From an uncultured Gammaproteobacteria bacterium (GTDB taxonomy: Bacteria; Patescibacteriota; Patescibacteriia; UBA1558; 2-01-FULL-52-15), in the NCBI GenBank assembly GCA_964540995.1, contig CAZIOU010000002.1, positions 43,750 to 107,749 on the forward strand: a stretch of 64,000 bases of DNA. The letters run 5' to 3'. The notes beneath the pieces were generated by a model. The model made no database searches, was not told the DNA's origin, and saw only the letters and a program-made list of their open reading frames with translations. The translations under genes were made by a program, and so were the position numbers. Of this stretch, positions 1-9,496 are shown piece after piece. Every line of letters starts with the position of its first letter. The first letter of the stretch is position 1.

Positions 1-690
1 TATCAGTTTATTGTCAGGTGATACGGTCACTTGTAGATCTAAACCCTTGGTACCAGAAATCGGCTCGACCAGTTTCAGATTGGAACCGTCAGTGTTGCTG
101 GTGACCAACCATTGATTGTTTGCGCTGTCACCTTTCCAGACTGCAGCGATAGCGGTTCCTGAAGGATCGATAGCGAAACTTTCTAATTCTTTGGGTAACG
201 TAATCTGCTTCTTGGTAGTGAAATCATAGAAAATATTGGAACCATCGGGATATTCTAATATGGCCTGCTGTTTGACTGGCGACCAGGTGACATTGTCAAC
301 ACCAAAAAATATTGGGTCACTGTAGGCCTGACTTTTACCGTCAGCATTGAGCAACATGAACTGCGAACTATTGGGTTGGAAATAGACTACACCACTACCG
401 GTAGGTTTGGGACTGACTACGCTATCGCTACTATAATCAGTAACCTGCGTCAATCCTCCGCTGGCCACGGTGTCGACAGTACCGGTGGTAGGGAAATTAG
501 TCGACGGAGTACTGGTCGTACCGGTTGTCGGTATCTGCCCCGGTGTCACTCCTGGTAGCTGACCAGGCGTATTGGTATTGGTCGTCCCCGGTGTAGTACT
601 CGTGCGGAAAAATAACGCGTACAGACCGAAAGCCAGCAAAAGTATGATGAGAACAAAACTTGCTATTAATCCAATCCTACGAATATTCAT
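1..690 (-). CDS. Partial (C-terminus off window) membrane-anchored protein with a beta-propeller-like (TolB/PD40-like) C-region
   Basis: Reverse strand ATG at 688-690 gives MNIRRIGLIASFVLIILLLAFGLYALFF (N-terminal TM) followed by a Thr/Pro-rich linker, then repeats of the form DGS..L, WSPD and DGxxI. The frame stays open to the window edge. It is not in the ORF track because no stop is seen. Confidence 0.5.
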   Translation of the reverse strand, partial: MNIRRIGLIASFVLIILLLAFGLYALFFRTSTTPGTTNTNTPGQLPGVTPGQIPTTGTTSTPSTNFPTTGTVDTVASGGLTQVTDYSSDSVVSPKPTGSGVVYFQPNSSQFMLLNADGKSQAYSDPIFFGVDNVTWSPVKQQAILEYPDGSNIFYDFTTKKQITLPKELESFAIDPSGTAIAAVWKGDSANNQWLVTSNTDGSNLKLVEPISGTKGLDLQVTVSPDNKLI

Positions 691-698
691 ACAAATTA

Positions 699-1229
699 TT
701 AATTACTTGTTGTAGCTTGGCTAACGAATCCATCCCACCAGCTCTTCACCGCACTTAATAAGGCATTGAGCGTTATTTTCGGGTCCAGCAATGGCAAAAA
801 GACGATGAAAAAAATTGATATAACGGTCATCAGCATCCAATCAACAAATAACAGCACCCCCACTTCAGTATCTGTTAGCTTATCCTCGCCAACCAAAGGA
901 ATTTTGAAAGGCAATAAATTGCATACAATCAAACGAATATGCATTTCGAAAAAAAGAAAGAAAGCTCCGACCAACGTTAACCCAGTCACGATACGGCGAA
1001 GGTCTCGAAGTGAACGTAATGCTTGGGCAGTATCATCGACAGTCTGAGTCTCCTCTGTATTTTCTTCTGCTTGAGCCGTCATCGCTTCCAGACGACTGCT
1101 TACTTGCTGCAGCTGGAGCTGACGACTATATTCTTCTTGGACTTGCTGGCGTTGATAATACGGATCCTCTGGATAATCGATACCAGGGCGCAGATTGAGA
1201 CCGGCTGGAGTAGGTAAGACGTCAGCCAT
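699..1229 (-). CDS. Hypothetical membrane protein in the T4SS-like operon (start probably at M11, MADVL)
   Basis: The ORF track gives 699..1259. The internal Met at 1229 removes the overlap with the upstream gene. There is a Gln-rich coiled segment followed by 2-3 hydrophobic helices. Confidence 0.45.
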   Translation of the reverse strand: MADVLPTPAGLNLRPGIDYPEDPYYQRQQVQEEYSRQLQLQQVSSRLEAMTAQAEENTEETQTVDDTAQALRSLRDLRRIVTGLTLVGAFFLFFEMHIRLIVCNLLPFKIPLVGEDKLTDTEVGVLLFVDWMLMTVISIFFIVFLPLLDPKITLNALLSAVKSWWDGFVSQATTSN

Positions 1230-1230
1230 A

Positions 1231-1776
1231 CTATTTCTGCAGCCAGTCAGCCGAATCAACTAACCACTGATCCGCTGACTTAATTAATTGTAATTTTAAT
1301 TGTTGGAAATAAGTAGTGGTTTTCAAGCTGGCATCACGCTCACTTCTTTGTAGTGTCAATACAATAGTCGAGGCAGTAGCGGTCTGCTGAGAAGTCTTGA
1401 TACTGACTACCCTACTCTCGACACCTTGGTACTTGTCGCCGGGTTGAGTAGTACCAGCTGATACTACCTGCCGCAGATGATCGGTCATCAGGGGAAATAA
1501 CTGCTTAATATTTTCGTAAGGATTCTGGTTGGAATAGCTACCATAGCGTTCGGCAAAGTTACGCGCAGCCACCACAGCCTCGCCTCCTACTGGCGGCTGG
1601 ATCTGATCACTACCGGTTACCGTGTTGGTTGGCTGATTGGCAGCTCCGGTATTAAGGACTACATCGGGAGGTCTCTGATCGCGCAGTAACCACCATAATC
1701 CTAGACCAAATAACACCGCCATAATGATAGCGCCGATAATAATTGGTCGTTGGTAGCGTGGCCACAAAGCGTTCAT
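1231..1776 (-). CDS. Hypothetical N-terminally anchored protein in the T4SS-like operon
   Basis: 181-aa ORF. The N-terminal TM segment IIIGAIIMAVLFGLGLWWLL suggests a bitopic protein. Confidence 0.45.
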   Translation of the reverse strand: MNALWPRYQRPIIIGAIIMAVLFGLGLWWLLRDQRPPDVVLNTGAANQPTNTVTGSDQIQPPVGGEAVVAARNFAERYGSYSNQNPYENIKQLFPLMTDHLRQVVSAGTTQPGDKYQGVESRVVSIKTSQQTATASTIVLTLQRSERDASLKTTTYFQQLKLQLIKSADQWLVDSADWLQK

Positions 1777-1781
1777 GGTTC

Positions 1782-3674
1782 CTAAGAATTACTCAAGGTT
1801 TTGTTAACAGTTTCAGCAAAATCTTTCTTGGCTTGTTCGATCTCCAGCAACTGCTTCGGATCGGACGTGATAAGTTGATCTTCGGTATAGGACGCCATCA
1901 CCTTGATAGCGGCGTGCTTGGCACCGGCGAAGAAGATACCCTCTCCTACTGCACTTTCGAGCAACAAATATTTCTCTCCTTCTGTCAGTAAGAAAGTTTT
2001 CTGAATATTATTGATGGACGCCGGAGATTGCTTGAGCAGCATCTGCATCGATGAGTTCGTTACGATCGCCTGACCATAGGGGGACAACAAAAAGTCATTG
2101 ACATCTTGGGTAATAGTCGTGATGCCCAGATAATATTTGCGACATCGTTTCACCAGAGCGTAGATAAATTTGGCACTATCTTCATGCTGCATCAGCCACC
2201 AGGCCTCATCAATAATCAGGAGACGTTTCTTGACTGAAGAACGAACAATATTCCAGATATAATTGATGATGGTGTAAATTGCGATCGGGCGTAATTCGTC
2301 TTCTAGATCACGGACACTAAATACTACTAGCTGATTATCAATATCAACATTGGTAGGGGCATTAAACAATCCTGAGAACGTACCTTGCGTATATTTCTTA
2401 ATGCGCAAAGCAATGTCCTCTCCTCCCACCATACCCATCAGTACTTCCTCGAAATCGGACATCAATGGCATACTTCTCTGACTCCAATCTGATCCAGGTG
2501 TAATATCTTTCTTGGCATAAGTCTCCAGCAAAGCTCGATCAACGATCGAGTCCTCTTCATTGGTCAGCACTCCTACCATCAAGCGAACCAGACCCTTCAA
2601 GGTAATAACCGCACTGCGCAAGATATCTTCCGGTCGAGCGTCTCCCAGCTTACGTGGCAAGTCAAAAGGATTAAGCTTACTTTCCGCGTTGAGAGATAAA
2701 TTCACGTAGGTGCCTCCAACCGATTCAGATAAGTGCAAATACTCTTTTTCCGGATCAATAATGATAATATCAACGCCTAACATCATACTGCGAAGGACTT
2801 CCAATTTGACGGCGTAGCTTTTGCCAGCACCAGAGGTAGCGAAGACCACTGAATTGGCGTTCTGCAAACTGAATCGATCGAAGATAATCAAGCTGTTATT
2901 GTGTCGGTTAATACCATACATAATTCCGTTGTCGGACGTTAGCTCTGAGGAGACAAATGGGAATGAAGCTGCCGCTGGAGAACTACTCATATTGGCCGTC
3001 ACATAGAGCTCGTCATTACCCAAAGGCAGAGTCGAATTGAAGCCCTGCTCCGACTGATAGAAGGCTCGTCGTGACATCACCAGATGCGCGCCCAACAGAT
3101 TCTCTATCTTATCCGAAGCGCTATCTAAGCCTTCTTTGGTTTCCGAGTAGATCGTGATATAGAGCGCATATTGGAAAAATTTCTCCGTCCCCTGACTTAA
3201 GGAGTCACGTAATGATTCAATATCAGCCAGCGCCGTTTCTTGCACCGGATCACGTGGTGCTCCTTTCTCCCGATCAGATATAATCTGCGCTTCGATGACT
3301 CCAACCTTCTTCTTCAATTGCTTCAGCACGGTCGTACTATCGACGGGATAGAAGAACATCGCAATATCCAAAGGCAAACTATAATTGATAATCGGAGCAA
3401 ACCAACTAATCGTCACATACCGAGGATAGGCAATGACAAAGATCGTTCGAGCAAAAAGTGGTCCCAGTCGTAAATGATTAACATCAACTTGGAAGGACGA
3501 CGGTGCGATGATATCGCGGATGTTAACCACTCCCTGACGGAAAAACTTTTCCGCTTCTAGGACACCAATTTCTTCTTTGTTCTTCTCACGTATCTCCTCT
3601 TCCTGCTGATAGACTGACTTTGGTTGCGTATCAGTGGCAGAATAGGTACGTTTGAGTTCTTTGGGTTCTATCAT
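1782..3674 (-). CDS. virB4: VirB4/TraE/PrgJ-like type IV secretion ATPase, catalytic (C-terminal) part
   Basis: Walker A is VVFATSGAGKSY and Walker B is LLIIDEAWWL, the latter being the VirB4/TrbE signature DEAW. The 630-aa length fits the ATPase half of VirB4. Its start overlaps the upstream ORF's stop (ATGA). Confidence 0.8.
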   Translation of the reverse strand: MIEPKELKRTYSATDTQPKSVYQQEEEIREKNKEEIGVLEAEKFFRQGVVNIRDIIAPSSFQVDVNHLRLGPLFARTIFVIAYPRYVTISWFAPIINYSLPLDIAMFFYPVDSTTVLKQLKKKVGVIEAQIISDREKGAPRDPVQETALADIESLRDSLSQGTEKFFQYALYITIYSETKEGLDSASDKIENLLGAHLVMSRRAFYQSEQGFNSTLPLGNDELYVTANMSSSPAAASFPFVSSELTSDNGIMYGINRHNNSLIIFDRFSLQNANSVVFATSGAGKSYAVKLEVLRSMMLGVDIIIIDPEKEYLHLSESVGGTYVNLSLNAESKLNPFDLPRKLGDARPEDILRSAVITLKGLVRLMVGVLTNEEDSIVDRALLETYAKKDITPGSDWSQRSMPLMSDFEEVLMGMVGGEDIALRIKKYTQGTFSGLFNAPTNVDIDNQLVVFSVRDLEDELRPIAIYTIINYIWNIVRSSVKKRLLIIDEAWWLMQHEDSAKFIYALVKRCRKYYLGITTITQDVNDFLLSPYGQAIVTNSSMQMLLKQSPASINNIQKTFLLTEGEKYLLLESAVGEGIFFAGAKHAAIKVMASYTEDQLITSDPKQLLEIEQAKKDFAETVNKTLSNS

Positions 3675-4348
3675 TGGCTCAACGATAATTGGTTAATATC
3701 TTCCAGTGGCTGACTCTTGGTCATAGTTGGATTATAGCTATTATAGTAGAGCTCAATTAAAGCCTGTGTATCCAGACGTTGTACCTGCAGTCCCATACTC
3801 GTCAGTCCCGAGGAGATGAAAATAGCACGCTTAGTCAGCTCGCGAGAATAGGTATCAAATTTATCGCGTCCCAAGGTAATCCTCCGAGCAGTGGAGAAAG
3901 CATCCATCAGGCGTTCCCAGTATTTACGTTTCAAATCGTGTAATGGATTATAGGAGACAACAACGAAAAACTTCTTACTCATAATGTCTTCCAGTTCCAA
4001 TAATTCGGTGACAAAATTGCGATAATCGGCGGTCTGCAATCGTAATAACTCATTGGTGTGTTCACGTTCAGTCTTGCGTAGACGATCGAGATATTCATCG
4101 ATATTAAGCGGGCGAGATTGCACCACTATTTGCAGTGGCATACTGAGCGAGTTGAGAAAATTGACATAGGAACCAACCATTGCTTCCTGCTCGTCTTCTG
4201 ATTTGAGATCGAAGTTCACCGAGGATACAATCAAGACAGCTCGTACCGTTCCATCACGCATCACTACGACGTCTTCCTTGATCTCGGCAATGTCCAGATA
4301 ATGCTGGGCCGAAGCCAAGGGATTTTTCTTATGATTATTTTTGGCCAT
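3671..4348 (-). CDS. VirB4 N-terminal domain encoded as a separate ORF
   Basis: The block YLDIAEIKEDVVVMRDGTVRAVLIVSSVNFDL resembles the N-terminal region of VirB4/TrbE proteins. Its stop overlaps the ATG of the ATPase ORF (ATGA). The probable start MAKNN is at 4348. Confidence 0.5.
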   Translation of the reverse strand: MAKNNHKKNPLASAQHYLDIAEIKEDVVVMRDGTVRAVLIVSSVNFDLKSEDEQEAMVGSYVNFLNSLSMPLQIVVQSRPLNIDEYLDRLRKTEREHTNELLRLQTADYRNFVTELLELEDIMSKKFFVVVSYNPLHDLKRKYWERLMDAFSTARRITLGRDKFDTYSRELTKRAIFISSGLTSMGLQVQRLDTQALIELYYNSYNPTMTKSQPLEDINQLSLSQ

Positions 4349-4793
4349 AAACAGTTTGATTGGTGAAGTTAGCCTGCTCCTCTCCTCGATACGCACCGCC
4401 GGTATCGACGACTAGAGCTAATTCTGACAATTTACGCGGAGTTAGACGAGGTTTAGTTGCATAAGAGTCGTCTATCTTGACCGGCTGTTTCATCGGCTCC
4501 GACACTACATCGTCTTCTTTCTGCCAGACGCGTAAATCCGGTTTACCGAATCGAGATAAAAAATTAAGTATAAAAATGTGCATTGGCGTCCCGTTGATTT
4601 TGAGAAAGGCGAAGCTACCACCGATAGCCAAAATAAAGACAGAAAATAATAGGAACAAATTAAATTCGAACAACTTATAGGTAGCAAAGATAAAGATGCC
4701 AGTCACAATCAAGGTGATAAATTGGCGCGTGGTAATACTGCCAATAATCTTATCTTCGATGTCAATAAATTGTGGCACGATAAATTTACGCAT
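4335..4793 (-). CDS. PrgI/VirB3-like small T4SS membrane protein
   Basis: The N-terminus MRKFIVPQFIDIEDKIIGSITTRQFI followed by two TM helices is the PrgI-family pattern, and the gene sits immediately upstream of VirB4. Confidence 0.55.
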   Translation of the reverse strand: MRKFIVPQFIDIEDKIIGSITTRQFITLIVTGIFIFATYKLFEFNLFLLFSVFILAIGGSFAFLKINGTPMHIFILNFLSRFGKPDLRVWQKEDDVVSEPMKQPVKIDDSYATKPRLTPRKLSELALVVDTGGAYRGEEQANFTNQTVYGQK

Positions 4794-4796
4794 AGC

Positions 4797-5939
4797 TTAG
4801 AAGCGTAGCTGTTTATTCAGATCAGTCATAGCTTCAAATTCTTCTGCTGTCAGGTAGGGTTTATTTTCCTTCTGCAATTCCTGGACAACCTGCGACAAAT
4901 TACGACTATGCTCCAAGCCGTGATGACCCATCGTTAGATAAGTTTGATATACCTGACTCGTGCGCCAAGCAGTCATGCCTTGTGCTTTGCGTGCCAGAGA
5001 TTCTTTGGCCAGATTATTGATACGTTGCAGTACTTTGGCGGCCCGCACACGCGGATCAGCATCAAGCTGACGGAATTCGTCAACTGTCATAGCAGCTAAT
5101 TCATCGATCCGACTCATCACTTTGGCAGGACGATTAGCTCGTATCGGTGCGCTAACTTTGATCGGCTCTATAGTGACTGCTCGGCGCACCTTGGGTAATT
5201 CTGAATCGTTAAAGCTAGGCGCTACTGGCTTAGGCGGAAGTATAACCGTCGGTTTGGGGGCTACTACTGGTTTCTCAACCGCTGCTTGTACTACTGGTGG
5301 TTTAACCTCGATTGGCTCCGGCATAACGGGTGATATCTCGTCTGTTTCCATCGTGCGTTCGGCGGATCCGCGGATCACTACACCGTCAGCGGCTTCAATC
5401 TTATCTTTGAGACTTTTAACAATAACCATCACTTTATCAGCCAGACTAGGATCAAATGAGAAGTCCTGAATCAGTAACTCTTTGGTAATAACGAAACTTC
5501 GCACTTGTCGGAAGAAACTTAGTAATAAACTAACAAATTTCTCCTCTTGCTCTGGAGAAAGTTTGACTTTATTCTTTTCGATCAATTTGGCAGCGATTTT
5601 CTCAATACTATATTTTCGCTTCTCAGCTGCCGCCGTCAGATACCCATTAATTTTGGCCATTTCTGCTTCCAAATCCGCTTTATCATCGGGATGAAAATGA
5701 AATTCCGCCACTTCATGCGGTTGTCCGCTGATGGTAGCTGGTAAGAAATGACTATCAACCGCTTGAGAAGCTGGTTGCTGAAAATTAGGCGTTATCACTG
5801 GCGGTGGAGTCGTCTTAGCCGGCGAAGAAACGGCTGCTAGAGCACCGTGTTGCCAAACTTTAAACTGTCCGTCGACATCCTTAACCAAAAAAGATGGATC
5901 CTGGGGAATTATGACTTCAGAATTTGCCATGGGTAGCAA
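4797..5939 (-). CDS. Hypothetical Pro-rich protein, first gene of T4SS-like block 1
   Basis: 380-aa ORF with a PVVxxPK-type proline linker. No motif recognised. Confidence 0.45.
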   Translation of the reverse strand: MLPMANSEVIIPQDPSFLVKDVDGQFKVWQHGALAAVSSPAKTTPPPVITPNFQQPASQAVDSHFLPATISGQPHEVAEFHFHPDDKADLEAEMAKINGYLTAAAEKRKYSIEKIAAKLIEKNKVKLSPEQEEKFVSLLLSFFRQVRSFVITKELLIQDFSFDPSLADKVMVIVKSLKDKIEAADGVVIRGSAERTMETDEISPVMPEPIEVKPPVVQAAVEKPVVAPKPTVILPPKPVAPSFNDSELPKVRRAVTIEPIKVSAPIRANRPAKVMSRIDELAAMTVDEFRQLDADPRVRAAKVLQRINNLAKESLARKAQGMTAWRTSQVYQTYLTMGHHGLEHSRNLSQVVQELQKENKPYLTAEEFEAMTDLNKQLRF

Positions 5940-5974
5940 AAATGCTCAAAAAATAATAGCTGTTAACAACTAAA

Positions 5975-5983
5975 TTATACCAT
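5975..5983 (-). promoter_or_regulatory. Extended -10 promoter (TGgTATAAT on the minus strand) for the block starting at 5939
   Basis: Plus-strand attatacca has reverse complement TGGTATAAT, about 35 nt upstream of the ATG at 5939. Confidence 0.45.
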
Positions 5984-6010
5984 AATTATGGCTCCAGCGG
6001 AATCCCATAA

Positions 6011-6042
6011 GCAACAAAAAAGTTCATCGCAGTGATGAACTT
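6011..6042 (-). terminator. Rho-independent terminator of the methyltransferase gene
   Basis: 9-bp hairpin aagttcatc-gcagt-gatgaactt followed by tttttgttgc on the minus strand. Confidence 0.6.
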
Positions 6043-6065
6043 TGTGCACGGATAAAATTCTTAGA

Positions 6066-7271
6066 TCAAGACGTTCTAGTCCAGACAACAATCTCCCGAC
6101 CAACGATTTGTCCTGGTCGATGATAGAGCAAAGTGCCGCGAGTCGACAATTTGGCTGCCAATGATGTCGAAGCGACTTTAGGTTTGACGAAGCTGAAGCC
6201 TAATTGGGCCACTTCATACAGGAGCGGTAAGAATTCTGTCCGCTCTCCGATGAAATAGACTGGCCAGACCATGACGACGCGTCCATCAGACTTCAAAATA
6301 GTACCTAATTGACGGAAGACAGCAAGATACAGCTGCGATAGCTCTCTTTGAATAGTCTGCAAACGTAATCCCGTGACAGCTCCTTGCAATTCTCGTGCTG
6401 GACCCAAATACGGCTCCGTCACTACCACACCTATGGAGTTGGGCGCGAGCCTGGTGGAGAGCTGTTCTGCTGAGATGGTCTGAAATCGGGCTTGAGCATC
6501 TGGATACTGCTGTTGCAACCAAGCCATATTTTTCTCCGCCGCAGCGATAGCTCGCTGATCTCGATCAGTACCCAAGATTGATGTGAAGCCTAGGAGCGTT
6601 GCTTCCTGCGCAACCGTACCGACTCCGCAGAAAGGGTCCAGCAGAGGAGCGTCATTTCCTGCTCCGCTAATATTGATCATCATTTGAGCCACCTTGGGAG
6701 GCAGCATCCCTCGTTCATCATCACGATCCGGTCGCCCATAATCACGGTTGCTATAAGCGGCAAATGGTTGCACAGCACGCGTCAAACCCAAGTAAGTCTG
6801 ACCTTTTTCTGTCACCACGACAAACTCGCGATCCAATAATTTACTTTTGGTTACTGCTACTGAAGATAAAATACCATCATTATTAGCCACCATTCGAGCT
6901 TGCTTGCCATCTGCTTGTAACCGACGTTTCAATTGCAAACCGATCTTCTGCCAGACGCGGACGCTATGAGGTTGAGAATTATAGAGACTATAGCCAAAAA
7001 CAACTTTCTTCTCATCATCAGACGATGGTAATAATGTAAGCAGATCTTCGGGTGTGATAGCATCGGGCCGTGGCAAGGTATGGACCAATTCAGCAATCTT
7101 GATCGTACCACCCAATTGCTTGATCAGATCAAGCGGTTCTACTTTTGCCCGTATAATCAAGGCCTGTGTGCCCAAACTAACAATATCTGACTTTTTGGCC
7201 TTAGTGACAGTCAGTATTTCCTCGGCCGAAAGCGCCGGAGAATGGCCTAAAATGAAGATCCAAGATTTCAT
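6066..7271 (-). CDS. Class I SAM-dependent methyltransferase with an N-terminal THUMP-like region (RNA m2G/Trm11/RlmL-like)
   Basis: Motif I is LDPFCGVGT. Motif IV appears as the unusual VVTEPYLGP, where DPPY would be expected. The probable start MKSWIFILG is at 7271; the track starts the ORF at 7328. Confidence 0.55.
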   Translation of the reverse strand: MKSWIFILGHSPALSAEEILTVTKAKKSDIVSLGTQALIIRAKVEPLDLIKQLGGTIKIAELVHTLPRPDAITPEDLLTLLPSSDDEKKVVFGYSLYNSQPHSVRVWQKIGLQLKRRLQADGKQARMVANNDGILSSVAVTKSKLLDREFVVVTEKGQTYLGLTRAVQPFAAYSNRDYGRPDRDDERGMLPPKVAQMMINISGAGNDAPLLDPFCGVGTVAQEATLLGFTSILGTDRDQRAIAAAEKNMAWLQQQYPDAQARFQTISAEQLSTRLAPNSIGVVVTEPYLGPARELQGAVTGLRLQTIQRELSQLYLAVFRQLGTILKSDGRVVMVWPVYFIGERTEFLPLLYEVAQLGFSFVKPKVASTSLAAKLSTRGTLLYHRPGQIVGREIVVWTRTS

Positions 7272-7515
7272 ATTGGCATTATAGCACATGGTTGACAGTA
7301 TAACCTCATTATGGTAATGTTGTGCCACTTAGATTTGTTATTTTGCTTGCTCGTATTACCTCGATCAAGCCTGACAATATAAGTAATCCACATCTCTTTG
7401 ATCAACGTTCAGGTAGCTTCAGTCTTTTTTATAGAGCGAAGCCCTGAGCGAAGTCGAGTTTAACTCGACAAGTCGAGGGGATCCTTAATCAATCTTTAAG
7501 AATTAAGGTTACATC

Positions 7516-7992
7516 ATGTCACACTATGAACTAACCTATATTCTGACTTCAGCTATTGCTGAGACAGAATATCCGGCTTTGCAGAAAAGCATCGCCGATT
7601 TGATCGTTTCCTTGGGTAAAGGAAGCGTTACCAGTGAGGTCATCCTGGGTAGAAAAAAATTGGCCTATCCTATTAACAAGGAAAAATACGGTCACTACGT
7701 GACGGTAGAATTTGATGCTGAAGCCGAAAGCATCAAGCAGCTGGATACTGAGTTTAAGCTCAACAATGGCTTACTCCGTCATCTAATGATCACCAAGAAG
7801 GTACTTAGCCCAGAACAGCAAGAAGAAGAAGCCTCTCGTCAGGCTAAGGTCAGAGCTCGTAAGGCAGCTGCCAAAAATACTGTCGTCGAGCCAGTAGAGA
7901 AGGAAAAAAAGCCCGAAAAATCCAAACCCAAGATCTCTCTCGATAAGCTCGATGAGAAATTGGATGAATTACTCGGACAAGAAATAAAATAA
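7516..7992 (+). CDS. rpsF: 30S ribosomal protein S6
   Basis: MSHYELTYILTS...GHYVTVEFDAEAESI is the S6 pattern. It has a Lys/Glu-rich C-terminal tail. Confidence 0.9.
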   Translation: MSHYELTYILTSAIAETEYPALQKSIADLIVSLGKGSVTSEVILGRKKLAYPINKEKYGHYVTVEFDAEAESIKQLDTEFKLNNGLLRHLMITKKVLSPEQQEEEASRQAKVRARKAAAKNTVVEPVEKEKKPEKSKPKISLDKLDEKLDELLGQEIK

Positions 7993-8023
7993 TCGAGCTC
8001 AGCTCGACTAAACTTCAAAAAAT

Positions 8024-8479
8024 ATGGATCTCAATCGTGTCATGCTGATCGGAAATGTTGTGCGCGATCCTGAATTACGCACCACCCCGTCCGGCCAGAC
8101 CGTAGCCTCTTTCTCGATCGCTACTAACTTGAGTTGGACCGATAAGAGTGGTCAGAAACAAACCAAGGCCGAATTCCACAATGTCGTGGCTTGGCGTAAA
8201 TTGGCTGATATTATTGGCCAATACGTCAAGAAAGGCAGCAAAGTCTACCTCGAAGGTCGACTGGAGACTCGCTCTTGGGATGACCAAAATGCGATTAAGC
8301 ACTATCGAACCGAAATCGTCTCTGACAATCTAATCATGTTGGATCGAGCTGGTGCACCCAGTGGCGCACCCAGTCCTCGTCCGATGATGAATAATTCCGC
8401 TCCTTCTGCCCCACAGTCTGACGAACCGACCATCAATGTCGATGAGCCAGAAATTAATGTGGAAGACATCCCCTTCTAA
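8024..8479 (+). CDS. ssb: Single-stranded DNA-binding protein
   Basis: OB-fold motifs LIGNVVRDPELRTT and FHNVVAWRKLA are present, and the acidic C-terminal tip is DIPF. Confidence 0.9.
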   Translation: MDLNRVMLIGNVVRDPELRTTPSGQTVASFSIATNLSWTDKSGQKQTKAEFHNVVAWRKLADIIGQYVKKGSKVYLEGRLETRSWDDQNAIKHYRTEIVSDNLIMLDRAGAPSGAPSPRPMMNNSAPSAPQSDEPTINVDEPEINVEDIPF

Positions 8480-8594
8480 TTAAATATCTCTGTTACTAGT
8501 TATTTGTTATTTGGGAAGAACCAAGTATCGCCCTAATAACGAGTAACGAATTCGGCCAGAGGCCGAAACGACTCATAAAAGAATAACTAACCTC

Positions 8595-8810
8595 ATGGAA
8601 AAAGAATCCAAGAAATATTGCTTCTTCTGTGTCAATGCTATCTCTAGTATTGATTATAAGAATACACAGATGCTTCAGCGCTTCACTTCTTCCTATGCCA
8701 AGATCGTACCGAAACGTCGAAGTGGCGTCTGCTCCAAACACCAACGCAAATTATCGCTCGCTATCAAACGTGCTCGATTCTTGGCCTTGTTGCCTTATAT
8801 CGCTAAATAA
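8595..8810 (+). CDS. rpsR: 30S ribosomal protein S18
   Basis: CFFC...[12 protein letters not shown]...[28 protein letters not shown] is the S18 pattern, in the conserved rpsF-ssb-rpsR arrangement. Confidence 0.9.
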   Translation: MEKESKKYCFFCVNAISSIDYKNTQMLQRFTSSYAKIVPKRRSGVCSKHQRKLSLAIKRARFLALLPYIAK

Positions 8811-8815
8811 CTCCC

Positions 8816-9373
8816 ATGCTTGGACTAAGTGAAATCAAATTAGGCACTGTTTTGAGTATTAATAATGAACCGTATCAGGTCGTATTCACTCAACACATCA
8901 AGGTAGCCCGTGGCGGCGCCACCCTACGTACCAAGTTGAAGAATTTGGTCACTGGCTCAACCTTAGAGAAATCCTTCTCTGGGGCTGACAAAGCCGAAGA
9001 AGCCGATCTCAATCGCTCCTCTGCCAACTATCTGTACCAACAGGGAGATAAGGCGGTATTTATGGACAATGAAAACTTCGAACAGTATGAATTTGACCAC
9101 GACATCCTAGGTGAGGGCATGAAATATCTCAAAGAAGGCCAAACCTGCGACGTCTTGATCTATAATGGCCAAGCCGTTACTGTCGCTCTTCCCAAGAAAG
9201 TAACTCTCAAGGTTGTATCCGCTCCTCCTGGAGTAAAAGGTGACACCAGCGGTGGTGCTACCAAGACAGTGACTATGGAAACGGGTCTAGAAATCAAGAC
9301 CCCGCTCTTCATCAAAGAAGGTGAGGACATCGTCATCAATACTGAAACCGGCGATTATGTAGCACGCGCTTAA
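8816..9373 (+). CDS. efp: Elongation factor P (Arg-type loop)
   Basis: KLGTVLSINNEPYQVV...KVARGGATLRTKLKNLVTG is the EF-P pattern, with Arg at the position of E. coli Lys34. Confidence 0.85.
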   Translation: MLGLSEIKLGTVLSINNEPYQVVFTQHIKVARGGATLRTKLKNLVTGSTLEKSFSGADKAEEADLNRSSANYLYQQGDKAVFMDNENFEQYEFDHDILGEGMKYLKEGQTCDVLIYNGQAVTVALPKKVTLKVVSAPPGVKGDTSGGATKTVTMETGLEIKTPLFIKEGEDIVINTETGDYVARA

Positions 9374-9449
9374 ACGCGTGCGGAATAGCCTGCCCCGAGC
9401 TTGTCGAGGGGTCGCTCGAGCGTAGCGAGAGACTTCAAGTCAAATAGTC

Positions 9450-9480
9450 AAAAAATCCTGACAGCTTGTCAGGATTTTTG
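9450..9480. terminator. Bidirectional hairpin terminator between efp (+) and a convergent minus-strand gene
   Basis: aaaaatcctgaca-gctt-gtcaggattttt: a perfect stem flanked by an A-run and a T-run. Confidence 0.65.
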
Positions 9481-9496
9481 GTTTATTATTAAACTA

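Noticed and set aside
7440-9445. Shared GC-rich words (GTCGAGGGG, GAGCGAAG / CGAGCG) flanking the rpsF-efp block, and an identical 13-mer hairpin CGGCCAGAGGCCG at about 8546 and about 39338
   Set aside because: Exact 9- to 13-mer repeats are expected by chance many times in 64 kb (birthday statistics). No longer alignment between the copies could be extended. They probably reflect a generic bias toward GC-rich hairpins in intergenic spacers, not a mobile repeat family.
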